Origin: Thermoplasmata archaeon
Lineage (GTDB): Archaea; Thermoplasmatota; Thermoplasmata; Lutacidiplasmatales; UBA184
Reading direction: 5' to 3'
Assembly (NCBI GenBank): GCA_030041175.1
Contig: JASHOK010000055.1
Location: 4,171-68,170, forward strand
Length of the DNA: 64,000 nt
In this document: in pieces, positions 18,800-28,704 of the stretch
How the letters are laid out: every line of letters begins with the position of its first letter
Numbering within the stretch: position 1 is the first letter of the stretch
The notes under the pieces: model-generated
The model's input: the letters and a program-made list of their open reading frames with translations, nothing else
Told to the model about the DNA's origin: nothing
Database searches by the model: none
Position numbers and translations under genes: made by a program

Positions 18800-20443
18800 T
18801 CAGAGGAGGCCGATGACCCGACCCTCGGATGTGAGGTCAATCTGTTCGGACAGAGGCCGCCGGGGGAGCCCGGGCATGGTCTGAATCTCACCGAGATACG
18901 CCACGGTGAAGCCGGCCCCGGCCGACCGGGAGAACCGGCGAACGGTCGGGACAAACCCGGTCGGACGGCCGCGGACCGTCGGGTCGTCGGACAACGAGAG
19001 GGGCGTCTTCGCGACACAGACCGGGCCCTCGGCCTCCTGGATTCGCCGGAGCATCGCGAGAGTTTCCTGGGCCGCCGGGGCGATCGTCAGGCCCGCGCCA
19101 CCGTAAATCTGCCGAACGATCATCTCAACCGCAGCCTCGATGGAGGTCGTCGGAGGATAGAGCGCACGAGAGTGGCCTCCCCGTCCGCAGACCTCTACGA
19201 CCTTCGCGGCCACGTCCGACGCCCCCTTTGCCCCGTCCACGAACGCGGTGGACTCGGCGTAGGCCAGGTGCCGCTCCTCGCAGAACGCCTTCAGCAATCC
19301 GAGCTCCTCTGCGGTGTCGCCGGGGAATCGGTTCGCCACCACAACGGGCTCGATGCCTAGCGTCCGGAGATTGCCCACGTGCTGCTCGAGGTTGGGGAGG
19401 CCGCGGGACACCGCGGCCGGGTCCGGGAGCGAGTCCCGGTCATCGGGGACCCCGCCATGATACCGGAGTCCACGTAGAGTAGCGACGAGGACAGCGCCCG
19501 CAACGTCGAACCCGGCGAGCCGACCGACGATGTCCACGAACTTTTCCGCTCCGAGGTCCGTCGCAAATCCGGCCTCGACGACACAGTAGTCCGCCGTGGC
19601 TAGGCCTAGCTCAATCGAAAGACGGCTGCAAGTGCCGTGAGCAATGTTGGCGAAGGGTCCCCCGTGGATGAGCGCGGGTGTCCCATCTCCGGTCTGGAGC
19701 AGATTCGGTTCGAGCGCGAATCGGAGAAGGGCGGCGGCCGCCCCGGCAGCTTTGAGGTCCTCCACGCGCACAGGCTCTCCGGTCTTCCGGAATCCCAACA
19801 GAATGCGGCCGATCCGCGCCTTCAGGTCCGCGTAGTCCTGCGCGAGTCCCAGGACCGCTGTGATCTCCGAGGCGGCGGCGATGACGAAGCTCCCGGGTTG
19901 TGGCGGCTCGCGGGGCCCGCCCTGAGCGCTGGTGACGATCTGGCGCAGCGGGCGATCCTCGACGTCCAGCGTGCGGGGCCAGAGCCGAACGCTGCCGTCG
20001 ATGCCAAGGGGATTCCCTTGGAAGATGTGGTTGTCGAAAACGGCGGCGATCAGGTTGTGGGCGGCAGCAATCGCGTCCAGGTCGCCCGTCAATCCGAGGT
20101 TGATGGTCTCCGCGGGCTCGACGGTGGCCTGGCCCCCTCCCGCAGCGCCACCCTTGATTCCGAAGACCGGTCCCAGCGAGGGCTGCCGAAGGCAGACCAC
20201 TGCACGGTAGCCCGCCAGGCGGAGCGCCATCGCGACCGCGATCGAGGTCACGGTCTTGCCCTCGCCGTGCTTCGTCGGAGTCATCGCCGAAACCAGGACG
20301 ATCCTTCCGCGGCGTGAACCAGCCGCCAGAGACCGGACCAACCCGACCGGGACCTTCAGGGCCTCTCCACGGTACGGTCGGAGGTCCGACGGAGTGAGAC
20401 CAAGGTCCTGGGCCACGTCGTCGATAGGTCGCACCGTGCTCAC
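18800..20443 (-). CDS. fhs: Formate--tetrahydrofolate ligase
   Basis: TPTKHGEGKT, LRQPSLGPVFGIKGGAAGGG, HGGPFANIAHG, EAGFATDLGAEKF; GTG start with GAGGG upstream. Confidence 0.95.
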   Translation of the reverse strand: MSTVRPIDDVAQDLGLTPSDLRPYRGEALKVPVGLVRSLAAGSRRGRIVLVSAMTPTKHGEGKTVTSIAVAMALRLAGYRAVVCLRQPSLGPVFGIKGGAAGGGQATVEPAETINLGLTGDLDAIAAAHNLIAAVFDNHIFQGNPLGIDGSVRLWPRTLDVEDRPLRQIVTSAQGGPREPPQPGSFVIAAASEITAVLGLAQDYADLKARIGRILLGFRKTGEPVRVEDLKAAGAAAALLRFALEPNLLQTGDGTPALIHGGPFANIAHGTCSRLSIELGLATADYCVVEAGFATDLGAEKFVDIVGRLAGFDVAGAVLVATLRGLRYHGGVPDDRDSLPDPAAVSRGLPNLEQHVGNLRTLGIEPVVVANRFPGDTAEELGLLKAFCEERHLAYAESTAFVDGAKGASDVAAKVVEVCGRGGHSRALYPPTTSIEAAVEMIVRQIYGGAGLTIAPAAQETLAMLRRIQEAEGPVCVAKTPLSLSDDPTVRGRPTGFVPTVRRFSRSAGAGFTVAYLGEIQTMPGLPRRPLSEQIDLTSEGRVIGLL

Positions 20444-20486
20444 GCCCCTCGGCGACCGCGCTTGGGAGTGCGTCGGTACAGAAGCG

Positions 20487-21032
20487 TCACCCCGACACAG
20501 CGTCGAGGATGGTGCGGGAAGCGGCGACCGCTTCGTCCTCCGTCCATGCCTGCACAATGAAGTACCAGCCGAGTACCAGGAGCAGCAGTAGGTTCGGGTC
20601 GCTGCGGCCCTCCGGACTGACGCTGACCAAGCCGCCCGCGAGCCGTGCCTCCTCTCGAACCGGCTCGAAGCTCGCGAGCTCCTTGCCAGCCGCGCTCTGA
20701 AACTCCCACGCCGGGATCCAGAAACCTGTACGGGCCCACCGGTACACCGTTCCGTCCGAAAGCTGAGCCAGGCTCTGGCTCACGTGCACATGGAGCTCGG
20801 CCACCGGCTTGCCCGAATCGGCGTCGTGGACGGCCACGATGGGCCGAACGAATCCATGCCGGCGGAGCGTCCACTTCACTCCCGCTCCCTCGGCGACCGC
20901 GAGTGACTCGACCGGCCGATCCCACCGCAAGGTCGCAATCGGATCCTTCCCAGACTCCAAGTGGTACGAGTGGGCCTCCGGCCCCCTTGTCCAGCGGAGC
21001 CCTTCCATCTCGGCGGCGGACAGCGGCTGCAT
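20487..21032 (-). CDS. Hypothetical protein (possible tubby/LURP-like beta barrel)
   Basis: Beta-rich Trp pattern followed by hydrophobic C-terminal helix LLLLLVLGWY; ATG 21032. Confidence 0.6.
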   Translation of the reverse strand: MQPLSAAEMEGLRWTRGPEAHSYHLESGKDPIATLRWDRPVESLAVAEGAGVKWTLRRHGFVRPIVAVHDADSGKPVAELHVHVSQSLAQLSDGTVYRWARTGFWIPAWEFQSAAGKELASFEPVREEARLAGGLVSVSPEGRSDPNLLLLLVLGWYFIVQAWTEDEAVAASRTILDAVSG

Positions 21033-21200
21033 ATGGCTAGCGCGTTCCCACGGACCGCGCGGGCAAAAAGGCCACGGTAGGCGGCCCGGGGGCCCCGCCC
21101 GCCCCGGACCCCCAGCCCTCCTCCACCCTTGGCTGCTCGGGAGGAGCGGACCCCTCCCCCAATAGACTCTGCATGTCAACACGTAGCAAATGGAGCCCAA

Positions 21201-21240
21201 TATATGCGTCTATATTCTATACTCATGTCCTACATATATT
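21201..21240 (+). promoter_or_regulatory. AT-rich Pho operon promoter with repeated TATAT/TACAT boxes
   Basis: TATAT 21201, TATAT 21211, TATAC 21218, TACAT 21231, TATAT 21235 in a GC-rich background, just upstream of the AbrB-PhoU ATG. Confidence 0.6.
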
Positions 21241-21262
21241 CCGGTTCCCTCGCTCCGGCGAG

Positions 21263-22513
21263 ATGGATGAACCAAGCAGCGCTCGGACTCGGTCGGCGAG
21301 TCCGTGGACCCCCTCCTCGCTCGTGGAGGAGGATGACAGAGCAAACCTCGCCCGAAGACTCCAACGGATGGGCACCGTGACGATCGGTGTTTCCCTGCCT
21401 CGAGAGTGGGTCGGTACCCGCAACCTCTCGGTCGGCAGCACGGTGTTCCTGCGCGCACTGGCCGATGGGTCCTTGCTCATTCAGGACCGGGACCCCTCCC
21501 TCGACCGGGCCTCTGTGGAGGTCCTCGTTCAGCCGGATCGTTCCCGGGAGCATACCTTCCGGGACCTCGTGGCGGCGTACCTTGCCGGCGCCCGGGAATT
21601 CGTGATCCGGGAGAAGGACGGCATTACCCCGGAGACCATGGCGGTCGCCAAGACCTTCGCACGGCGTACCCTCCAGCCCGAGATTGTCTCGGAGGACCGG
21701 GGGGTCCTCGTGCTGCGGGACGTTTCGCGGGGTGCTGAGCTCGACGTCGTGCCACTCCTCCGGCGGATGTTTCAGATCGTCCTGGGGCTGCAGCAGGAAG
21801 CCGCGCGCACCTGGTCCGAACCGGACCGGTGGCGAGGCACTCGGTGGGAGCAGCGGGACGACGAGGTCGACCGACACGCTTGGTTGATCGAGCGCATCCT
21901 GGCCCTCCGTCTCGCGGGTGCCGTTCCGGGAGCCGACGGAGGCTCCCCGACGGACCGCCCATTGCAGACTCTCATCCTGGTGCGGTCCCTCGAACGGATC
22001 GGCGACCACGCCGTCCAGATCGCCGACCAGGGCCTCCGGTGGGCTGAAACGTCCCCTCCCGACCGCGTAGTGCGCCCCGTCTCGGAGTTCCATGGCCAAG
22101 TGATGGACCAGCTCCGGGCGGCCTTCCGCGTGGCGTCTGAGGAACGAGACGCCCTCCACGCCAACGACGTGATCGATGTCGGGGAGGCGCTTCACGCCAC
22201 CTATACGACGCTGACCGAGGGCTTGTTCACTCGGAGCGCGGGGACCGGACTTTCGGCTCTTGCGGCCGTCCCCCTCGGGCTGATCCTCCAATCCATAGAC
22301 CGGACGGTGTCGTATGCCCAGGACATCGCCGAAGTCGGACTGGACCGGAGCACCGTCGTTTCCATCGAGGACGGCGCGGCTGCGGCGAATCCGTCCGCAA
22401 TTCCCCCCACCCCTCGGACGCCCCGAGGCACCCCTCGAGCACCGAGCCGGGTGGGCGGACCCCTTAACGCGCCACGGAATCGAAGGAGAAAACAGGAGAA
22501 GGAACCAGAATGA
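21263..22513 (+). CDS. Archaeal phosphate uptake regulator (AbrB/SpoVT N-domain + PhoU repeats)
   Basis: RRLQRMG..TIGVSLPREWV; LVAAYLAG; RDDEVDR; LERIGDHA. Confidence 0.9.
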   Translation: MDEPSSARTRSASPWTPSSLVEEDDRANLARRLQRMGTVTIGVSLPREWVGTRNLSVGSTVFLRALADGSLLIQDRDPSLDRASVEVLVQPDRSREHTFRDLVAAYLAGAREFVIREKDGITPETMAVAKTFARRTLQPEIVSEDRGVLVLRDVSRGAELDVVPLLRRMFQIVLGLQQEAARTWSEPDRWRGTRWEQRDDEVDRHAWLIERILALRLAGAVPGADGGSPTDRPLQTLILVRSLERIGDHAVQIADQGLRWAETSPPDRVVRPVSEFHGQVMDQLRAAFRVASEERDALHANDVIDVGEALHATYTTLTEGLFTRSAGTGLSALAAVPLGLILQSIDRTVSYAQDIAEVGLDRSTVVSIEDGAAAANPSAIPPTPRTPRGTPRAPSRVGGPLNAPRNRRRKQEKEPE

Positions 22514-23706
22514 GCGCACCAAACCAACAGAGCGAGACGATTCAGAGCAAGGGGTCCAGCCGAACCGGCTGGTACGCCGCGGTTGCGGTGATCATCGTTG
22601 TGATCATCCTGTTCGCGGGACTGTACGCTGCCGGCTACATCGGCAAGAAGACCACGACCCCGTCGGGCCCTGGAGCGTGTACGAGTGTCACAATCCTGGG
22701 CGCGGGCTCGACCTTTGTGGAACAGCTACAGGACGAGTGGGCGTCGGTCTACAAGACCGGCTCCGTGGACTATGACGCGGTCGGCAGCGGTGCCGGTATC
22801 TCCGACATCACGGCCAAGACCGTGACCTATGGAGCGAGTGACGCACCGTTGAACACCACCCAAGCCGCCGCTGCGCCCGGGCTCCTAACGATGCCCGAGA
22901 CGGCGGGTGCAGTTGCGGTGATTTTCAACCTGCCGGGCGTTAGCTTCCCCCTCGGCTACTCCCTGAACGTCACCGGGCAGATCCTCGCGGCGATCTACCT
23001 CGGCACCATCTCAACGTGGAACAACTCGGCCCTGGTCGCGCTGAACCCGAAGCTCGCCGACGTCAACCAGACGATTGCGGTCTACCACCGGTCCGATGGA
23101 AGCGGAACGAGCTACGCCTTCACGCAGTTCCTCTCGGACAGCAACGCGACCTGGAAGAACACCATTGGCTACAGCACCCTTCCCAACTGGCCGGCCACCC
23201 CCTTGGGCGGCGGTGAAAAGGGTAGCTCGGGGATTGCGGGAACCGTCAAGATCACCCCGTACTCGCTTGGGTACGTCGATCTCGGCGAAGCCGCGTCCAA
23301 CGTCATCTCGTACGCCGCAGTGGAGAACCCCTCCGGAAAGTTCGTGATCCCGACGGTCAACGACACGGCCTCGGCCATCTCGGACATCCTGGCGACGGTA
23401 ACCCTCCCCGCGGGCAGTGCGAGCTGGGCGGACGTGTCGATGATCAACGCGCCGGGCGCCAAGGACTACCCGCTCGCGACGTTCTCGTACATGCTGTTCT
23501 ACCAGGCGGCCAACGACAACCCCGTGATCACCAGCTCATCCTACGCCTCGACGTTCGCGAACTGGTTGAACTGGACCGTCACCAAGGGTCAGTCCTACTC
23601 GGGCCAGCTGTACTACATCCCACTCCCCTCCTCCGTCGTGACGGCGGACCAGACGACCATCGCGTCGATGACCTACAACGGGGCCGCGATCGCGTCGTGC
23701 ACGTAG
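22510..23706 (+). CDS. pstS: Phosphate ABC transporter substrate-binding protein
   Basis: GAGSTF, GSGAG, GASDAPL, HRSDGSGTS; N-terminal TM anchor. Confidence 0.95.
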   Translation: MSAPNQQSETIQSKGSSRTGWYAAVAVIIVVIILFAGLYAAGYIGKKTTTPSGPGACTSVTILGAGSTFVEQLQDEWASVYKTGSVDYDAVGSGAGISDITAKTVTYGASDAPLNTTQAAAAPGLLTMPETAGAVAVIFNLPGVSFPLGYSLNVTGQILAAIYLGTISTWNNSALVALNPKLADVNQTIAVYHRSDGSGTSYAFTQFLSDSNATWKNTIGYSTLPNWPATPLGGGEKGSSGIAGTVKITPYSLGYVDLGEAASNVISYAAVENPSGKFVIPTVNDTASAISDILATVTLPAGSASWADVSMINAPGAKDYPLATFSYMLFYQAANDNPVITSSSYASTFANWLNWTVTKGQSYSGQLYYIPLPSSVVTADQTTIASMTYNGAAIASCT

Positions 23707-23752
23707 AGGCGAGTTCAGCTAGGTAGACACGCCAGGCCGGGATTCTGCGTCG

Positions 23753-24754
23753 ATGCTCCGAGGCGCGCGGACTCCCGGCCGAACCTTTTCCAGTCGGCTA
23801 CGACGGGCCCTCGACCTGGGCTTCATGGGCCTCACGCTCGCGGTGGCCGTCGGAATCCTCGCTCTGCTCACGGCGTTCGTCCTAGTGCTCATCCACGGAG
23901 CCCAGCTGTCCATCGCTCGATTCGGCATCTCCCTCCTGGGCAACCCGCACTGGAACCCGAGTGCGAATGTGCTGGGTCTTCTCCCCTTCATCATCGGAAC
24001 GCTCCTTACGTCGGCGATTGCACTCATCATCGCGGTGCCGCTCAGCATCGGCATCGCGGTGTTCCTGTCGGAGCTGACCCCCCGATGGATCTCGGAGCCG
24101 TTCGGATACCTGGTGGAGCTGCTCGCCGCGGTACCGTCCGTGATCTTCGGCGTCTGGGGGATCTTCATCCTGATCCCGTTCATGCGTACGACAATCGACC
24201 CTGCGCTCGAGAAGTGGAATCTCTCGTTCAACCGACTGCTCCACGTGAACGTTCCCGTCTTCACGGGCCCGATCCTCGGTTCGGGGGTGCTGACCGCCGG
24301 CGTGATCCTGGCGATCATGATCATTCCAACGATCTCGGCCATCAGCCGGGAGGCCCTCCGGGCCGTCCCGCAGCAGCAACGGGAGGCCGCGCTGGGCCTC
24401 GGGGCCACTCACTGGGAGAGTACGCGCATCTCGGTGCTGAGCTACGCGCGCATCGGCATCGTGGGCGCGGTCATCCTCGGATTGGGACGAGCGGTCGGAG
24501 AAACGATGGCCGTTACGATGGTCATCGGCAACTCGAACTTCATCCCGCGGAGCCTCTTCGACCAGGGGCAGACGATCGCGAGCCTCATCGCCAACGACTT
24601 CCTCTCGGAGTACAGCTCTCCGCTCGCCGCGAGCGCCTTCATCGAAGCCGCCCTCGTGCTTCTGGTGATCACACTCGCGATCAACGTCGGTGCCCGCATC
24701 CTGGTCTGGCGACTGGTGGCCCGGGGCGGCGGAGGAGGGGCGAATGAAATTTAA
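23753..24754 (+). CDS. pstC: Phosphate ABC transporter permease
   Basis: ELLAAVPSVIFGVWG, REAALGLGAT, GRAVGETMAV. Confidence 0.95.
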   Translation: MLRGARTPGRTFSSRLRRALDLGFMGLTLAVAVGILALLTAFVLVLIHGAQLSIARFGISLLGNPHWNPSANVLGLLPFIIGTLLTSAIALIIAVPLSIGIAVFLSELTPRWISEPFGYLVELLAAVPSVIFGVWGIFILIPFMRTTIDPALEKWNLSFNRLLHVNVPVFTGPILGSGVLTAGVILAIMIIPTISAISREALRAVPQQQREAALGLGATHWESTRISVLSYARIGIVGAVILGLGRAVGETMAVTMVIGNSNFIPRSLFDQGQTIASLIANDFLSEYSSPLAASAFIEAALVLLVITLAINVGARILVWRLVARGGGGGANEI

Positions 24755-25607
24755 CCGGGATGGCCGCCGTCGGATCTTCAACTGGGTCGTGAGCGGACTC
24801 TGCTTCCTCTGTGTCGTTGCTGCGCTGATCCCGCTCCTGAGCATCATTTACACGGCCGTGATCAACGGAGGCCGCGTCCTGAGTTTCAACTTCCTGGTCG
24901 CACCCCTCTCGTTCGGGTTCTGCACACCGGGTGTCAGTTGCTACGGAGGCATCGGGCCGGCGCTAGCAGCGACCCTGATCGTCGTGGGCATCGCGTCCGG
25001 TATTTCCGTTCCGACGGGCGTTCTGGCGGGAATCTACCTCTCAGAGTATGGGAAGAACCGGCTCGGGCGATCCATCAGTTTCTTCACCGACGTGATGACC
25101 GGCTCGCCGTCGATCGTGGTCGGGCTGTTCGTCTACGCGGCCTTCGTCTACTTCGAACCCCGACTGGCCTTCAGTGCCCTATCGGGCTCCGTGGCGCTCG
25201 CGGTGATCATGATCCCCATCGTGACGCGGACGACCGAGGAGGGGCTCCGTCTAGTCCCGAACGCGCTTCGGGAAGGCGCCTACGCACTCGGAATCCCCCG
25301 ATACCGGGCCGTGGTGCAGATCGTGCTCAGTACCGGCCGGAGCGTCGTGATCACCGGGGTGGTGCTCGCGGTGATGCGGGCGGCGGGCGAGGTAGCGCCG
25401 CTCCTGCTCACGGCCTTCTGGAACAACAATGGGTTCACCGGCATCAACCAGCCGGCCGGTCTCCTCGGGCCGCTCATCTACATGGACGCGGAGAGCCCGT
25501 CGCCCTATCTCGTCGCCGCGGCGTGGGGCGCCTCGCTCATTCTGATCCTGCTCATGCTCGGAATCAGCCTGGCCGCCCGGATCGCGTTGCGCAAACGTTT
25601 CACGTAG
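24744..25607 (+). CDS. pstA: Phosphate ABC transporter permease
   Basis: GIYLSEY, PSIVVGLF, REGAYALG, RAAGEVAPL; ATG 24744 after GGAGG. Confidence 0.95.
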   Translation: MKFNRDGRRRIFNWVVSGLCFLCVVAALIPLLSIIYTAVINGGRVLSFNFLVAPLSFGFCTPGVSCYGGIGPALAATLIVVGIASGISVPTGVLAGIYLSEYGKNRLGRSISFFTDVMTGSPSIVVGLFVYAAFVYFEPRLAFSALSGSVALAVIMIPIVTRTTEEGLRLVPNALREGAYALGIPRYRAVVQIVLSTGRSVVITGVVLAVMRAAGEVAPLLLTAFWNNNGFTGINQPAGLLGPLIYMDAESPSPYLVAAAWGASLILILLMLGISLAARIALRKRFT

Positions 25608-25625
25608 CCAAGGAGAGCGAACGAC

Positions 25626-26426
25626 GTGCAGGGAGAGGCGTTTGGCAAGTCCACTCAACTGAATCACGATGCGTCGCCGGCGAAGATGTCGGTGGCCGGC
25701 CTCTCCGCCTACTACGGGAAGAAGAAGGCCATCTCCAACGTTTCTCTCGATTTCCGGCAGAACAGCGTGACGGCCATCATCGGTCCGTCGGGTTGCGGGA
25801 AGTCCACCCTGATCCGGTGCCTCAACCGGATGCACGAGGTCACGCCGGGTGGCTGGGTGGAGGGGAAGGTCCTCTTGGACGGGGAGGATATCCTCGACCA
25901 GGACCCGGTGTCGGTCCGCCGTCGGATCGGGATGGTCTTCCAGAAGCCGAACCCGTTCCCCACAATGTCGGTCTATGACAACGTCGCGGCGGGGCTCCGG
26001 CTCAACGGGGTCCGCAAACGCGAGATCCTCGACGCGGCCGTGTTGCGGAGCCTGAAGCAGGCGGCGCTCTGGGACGAGGTCAAGGAGAACGTGCACGGCT
26101 CCGGGAACCGGCTCTCGGGCGGACAACAGCAGCGGCTGTGCATCGCCCGAGCACTGGCCATCGAGCCCGAGGTTATCCTGATGGACGAGCCGTGTTCCGC
26201 CCTCGACCCGATCGCGACCGCGAAGATCGAGGACCTGATCTTCGACCTCCAAAAGACCTACACCGTCGTGATCGTGACCCACAACATGCAGCAGGCGGCG
26301 CGGGTGGCGGAGTATACCGCGTTCATGTACCTGGGCGAACTCATCGAGTTCGACCGAACGAAGAAGATCTTCGAGCAGCCGGCGCAGAAACTGACCGAGA
26401 ATTACATCACCGGGAGGTTTGGATAA
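25626..26426 (+). CDS. pstB: Phosphate ABC transporter ATPase
   Basis: [40 protein letters not shown]. Confidence 0.97.
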   Translation: MQGEAFGKSTQLNHDASPAKMSVAGLSAYYGKKKAISNVSLDFRQNSVTAIIGPSGCGKSTLIRCLNRMHEVTPGGWVEGKVLLDGEDILDQDPVSVRRRIGMVFQKPNPFPTMSVYDNVAAGLRLNGVRKREILDAAVLRSLKQAALWDEVKENVHGSGNRLSGGQQQRLCIARALAIEPEVILMDEPCSALDPIATAKIEDLIFDLQKTYTVVIVTHNMQQAARVAEYTAFMYLGELIEFDRTKKIFEQPAQKLTENYITGRFG

Positions 26427-27157
26427 TGCCCACGGCCGTCGAGCGAAAGGCGCTCTCCGAGGCGCTCGAACACCTCAATGAGAACATGCGCACCATGTCG
26501 GAGCTCGCCGTCCTGGCGATCCGAAAGGCCGTCGAGGCGCTGGAGAAGGGCCGCAGCCATGACGCCGACGAAGTCTTCACCCTCGACCAGGAGATCTACG
26601 GTCTCAAGCAGAAGATCGAGCACTCCTGCATTGAGCTCATCGCCCTGTACGCTCCCGTGGCGAGCGACCTCCGGACGATCACCGCCTCCCTCGAGATCAC
26701 CACGGACCTGGACCGCATCGGGCGCTACTCCAAGGACATCGCCGAAGCGGCGGAGAAGCTCCGGGGGATGAGCCGGGAGAGCCTCGGGAAGGTGGGAAAC
26801 CTGACCCGGATGGCCGACCTCACGATCCAGATGATCGAGACGTCGGTCAACGCCTTCGCGCAGCGCCAGGCGGAGCCGGTCCGGGACATCGTCCGCACCG
26901 ACGACGCGATCGATGCCCTGCACGACGAGGTCTTTCAGGAACTCGTCGAGAAGATGACCGACCAGTCGGTTTCGCCGCGAGTCGGCGCCCAGTACATCCT
27001 CATCAACCGCTATTTCGAGCGGCTCGCCGACCACGCGGTCAACATCGGTCTGGACGTGATCTACATGATCACCGCCGAGCGGCCCATCAAAACGAAGCGG
27101 CGGGACGCGACTCCCCGGGGCACCGAGCCCGCTGCGTCGTCCACCGGAACCAGCTAG
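26426..27157 (+). CDS. phoU: Phosphate signalling protein PhoU
   Basis: PVASDLR, DLDRIG, DDAIDAL, ERLADHAVNI; TAATG coupling to pstB. Confidence 0.93.
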   Translation: MPTAVERKALSEALEHLNENMRTMSELAVLAIRKAVEALEKGRSHDADEVFTLDQEIYGLKQKIEHSCIELIALYAPVASDLRTITASLEITTDLDRIGRYSKDIAEAAEKLRGMSRESLGKVGNLTRMADLTIQMIETSVNAFAQRQAEPVRDIVRTDDAIDALHDEVFQELVEKMTDQSVSPRVGAQYILINRYFERLADHAVNIGLDVIYMITAERPIKTKRRDATPRGTEPAASSTGTS

Positions 27158-27178
27158 GGCCGTCGGAACGGAAGCTCC

Positions 27179-28690
27179 ATGGGCCGACCCGGTGCCCCGC
27201 TCGTACCGCGGTCCCTGCGGCGGGCACTGACTGAAACCGGGCCGATCGGCTCCACCACGCATCAGCTCTCGGTCCGCCTCGAGACGCCGGAATCCGAATT
27301 GGACGCCCTCCTGGAGCGTCTGGCCCTCCACGGGGACGTCGTCCGGATCGGCCGGGGGCTCTGGCTCCTCGCAGCCTACGCGGAGCTCGACCGGCGGGAG
27401 GATTTCCATGCTCCCGAAGAGTATGTCGAACGCTTCGCACACGAGAACGGAGTGGTCCTCGGCCGGTACGAGGGGCCGATCACCTTCTCCGACAACACGG
27501 TAGCCCCAGTCCATCGGTGGTGGCCCTATGTGCAGGGTTTTTCCGCCGACTTCGTGGCCGGCGTCCTCCAGGACGAAGGGCTGAGTCCCGGCTCGACCGT
27601 GCTGGACCCATTCGCCGGCAGTGGAACCACCCTCGTCGAGGCGCGGAGAGCGGGTCATCGTCCCTGGGGGACGGAGCTGCTGCCACCGGCGGCGCTGGCC
27701 GCCCGGGTGAAGACGCGTTTCGAGCTGCCGAGTGCCCGGCTGCTCTCCCAAGCCCGGACGGTCCTCCGAACTGCCGCCCGTCGGACGCCGTCTTCGGTGC
27801 CCTTCCTACGGGAGACCTCTCGGCAGTTTCTGGCCGCCACCCTCCGTGACCTGACGCGGCTGCGGGACGCGCTCCCGGGCGCCACCGACCCGATGAGCGA
27901 AGCGCTGCGTGTGGCGTTCGGCCGCATACTGATTCCCGTGAGTCGGCTCCGTCGGTCCCCGTGCTTGGGCTACGGTCGGCCGGACGCGGACCAGCCGCGG
28001 GATCCGTTCACCGAGTTCCGGAACGCGGTTGACGAAATGGCTCAGGACCTGGACTTCCTGACGCAATCCCGTTCGCGCTGGGGCCCGGCCGGCCACGTCT
28101 GGCAGCGCGACGCTCGGAACCTGGATCTACCCCCCAGCTCGGTCGACCTCGCGGTGACCAGCCCGCCCTACGTCAACGGCATGGACTACGTGAACAACTA
28201 CAAGCTCGACCTCGCCTGGCTCGGGTACGCGAAGGGGTATGCCGACCTGCGGCGACTTCGCGAAGCCCTGGTGGCCTGCGACAATCTCGGCCGCGCGGCG
28301 GTCCGGCCCCATCTGGGCACGGACGATGTGCCGGACCGGTGGCTCCGGGAGATTCTCCGGCAAATCCGGAGCAACGTGGACCAGAAACGAAGTTATCGTA
28401 GAGACGACGCCCACGGAGTGGTCAAGCGATACTTCTTGGACCTCCGGCCGGTGCTTGCCGCCGTGTACCGTGCACTCCGGCCCGGGGGCCGCTTCCGATT
28501 GGTCGTGGGCGACTCGCTCCTCGCGGGCACCTACGTTCCCGGCGACCTGTTGACGGCTCGACTGGGCGCCGACGTCGGGTTTCACATCACCGCCGTCGAC
28601 ATCGCTCGGCGCCGGTGGTCCGGACAACGGCGCGATTTCCCGCTTCGAGAGACGGTCGTCACTCTGCAACGTCCGGTGGGAGACTCGTAG
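27179..28690 (+). CDS. DNA amino-methyltransferase (N4-cytosine type) with N-terminal wHTH
   Basis: Motif I DPFAGSGTT, motif IV TSPPY, HRWWPYVQGFS, LRPGG; N-terminal helix-turn-helix-wing pattern. Confidence 0.85.
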   Translation: MGRPGAPLVPRSLRRALTETGPIGSTTHQLSVRLETPESELDALLERLALHGDVVRIGRGLWLLAAYAELDRREDFHAPEEYVERFAHENGVVLGRYEGPITFSDNTVAPVHRWWPYVQGFSADFVAGVLQDEGLSPGSTVLDPFAGSGTTLVEARRAGHRPWGTELLPPAALAARVKTRFELPSARLLSQARTVLRTAARRTPSSVPFLRETSRQFLAATLRDLTRLRDALPGATDPMSEALRVAFGRILIPVSRLRRSPCLGYGRPDADQPRDPFTEFRNAVDEMAQDLDFLTQSRSRWGPAGHVWQRDARNLDLPPSSVDLAVTSPPYVNGMDYVNNYKLDLAWLGYAKGYADLRRLREALVACDNLGRAAVRPHLGTDDVPDRWLREILRQIRSNVDQKRSYRRDDAHGVVKRYFLDLRPVLAAVYRALRPGGRFRLVVGDSLLAGTYVPGDLLTARLGADVGFHITAVDIARRRWSGQRRDFPLRETVVTLQRPVGDS

Positions 28691-28704
28691 CGCCGGAGGG
28701 ATGG

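Noticed and set aside
27179-28690. Complete restriction-modification or other defence system
   Set aside because: No nuclease, specificity subunit or other defence gene is adjacent
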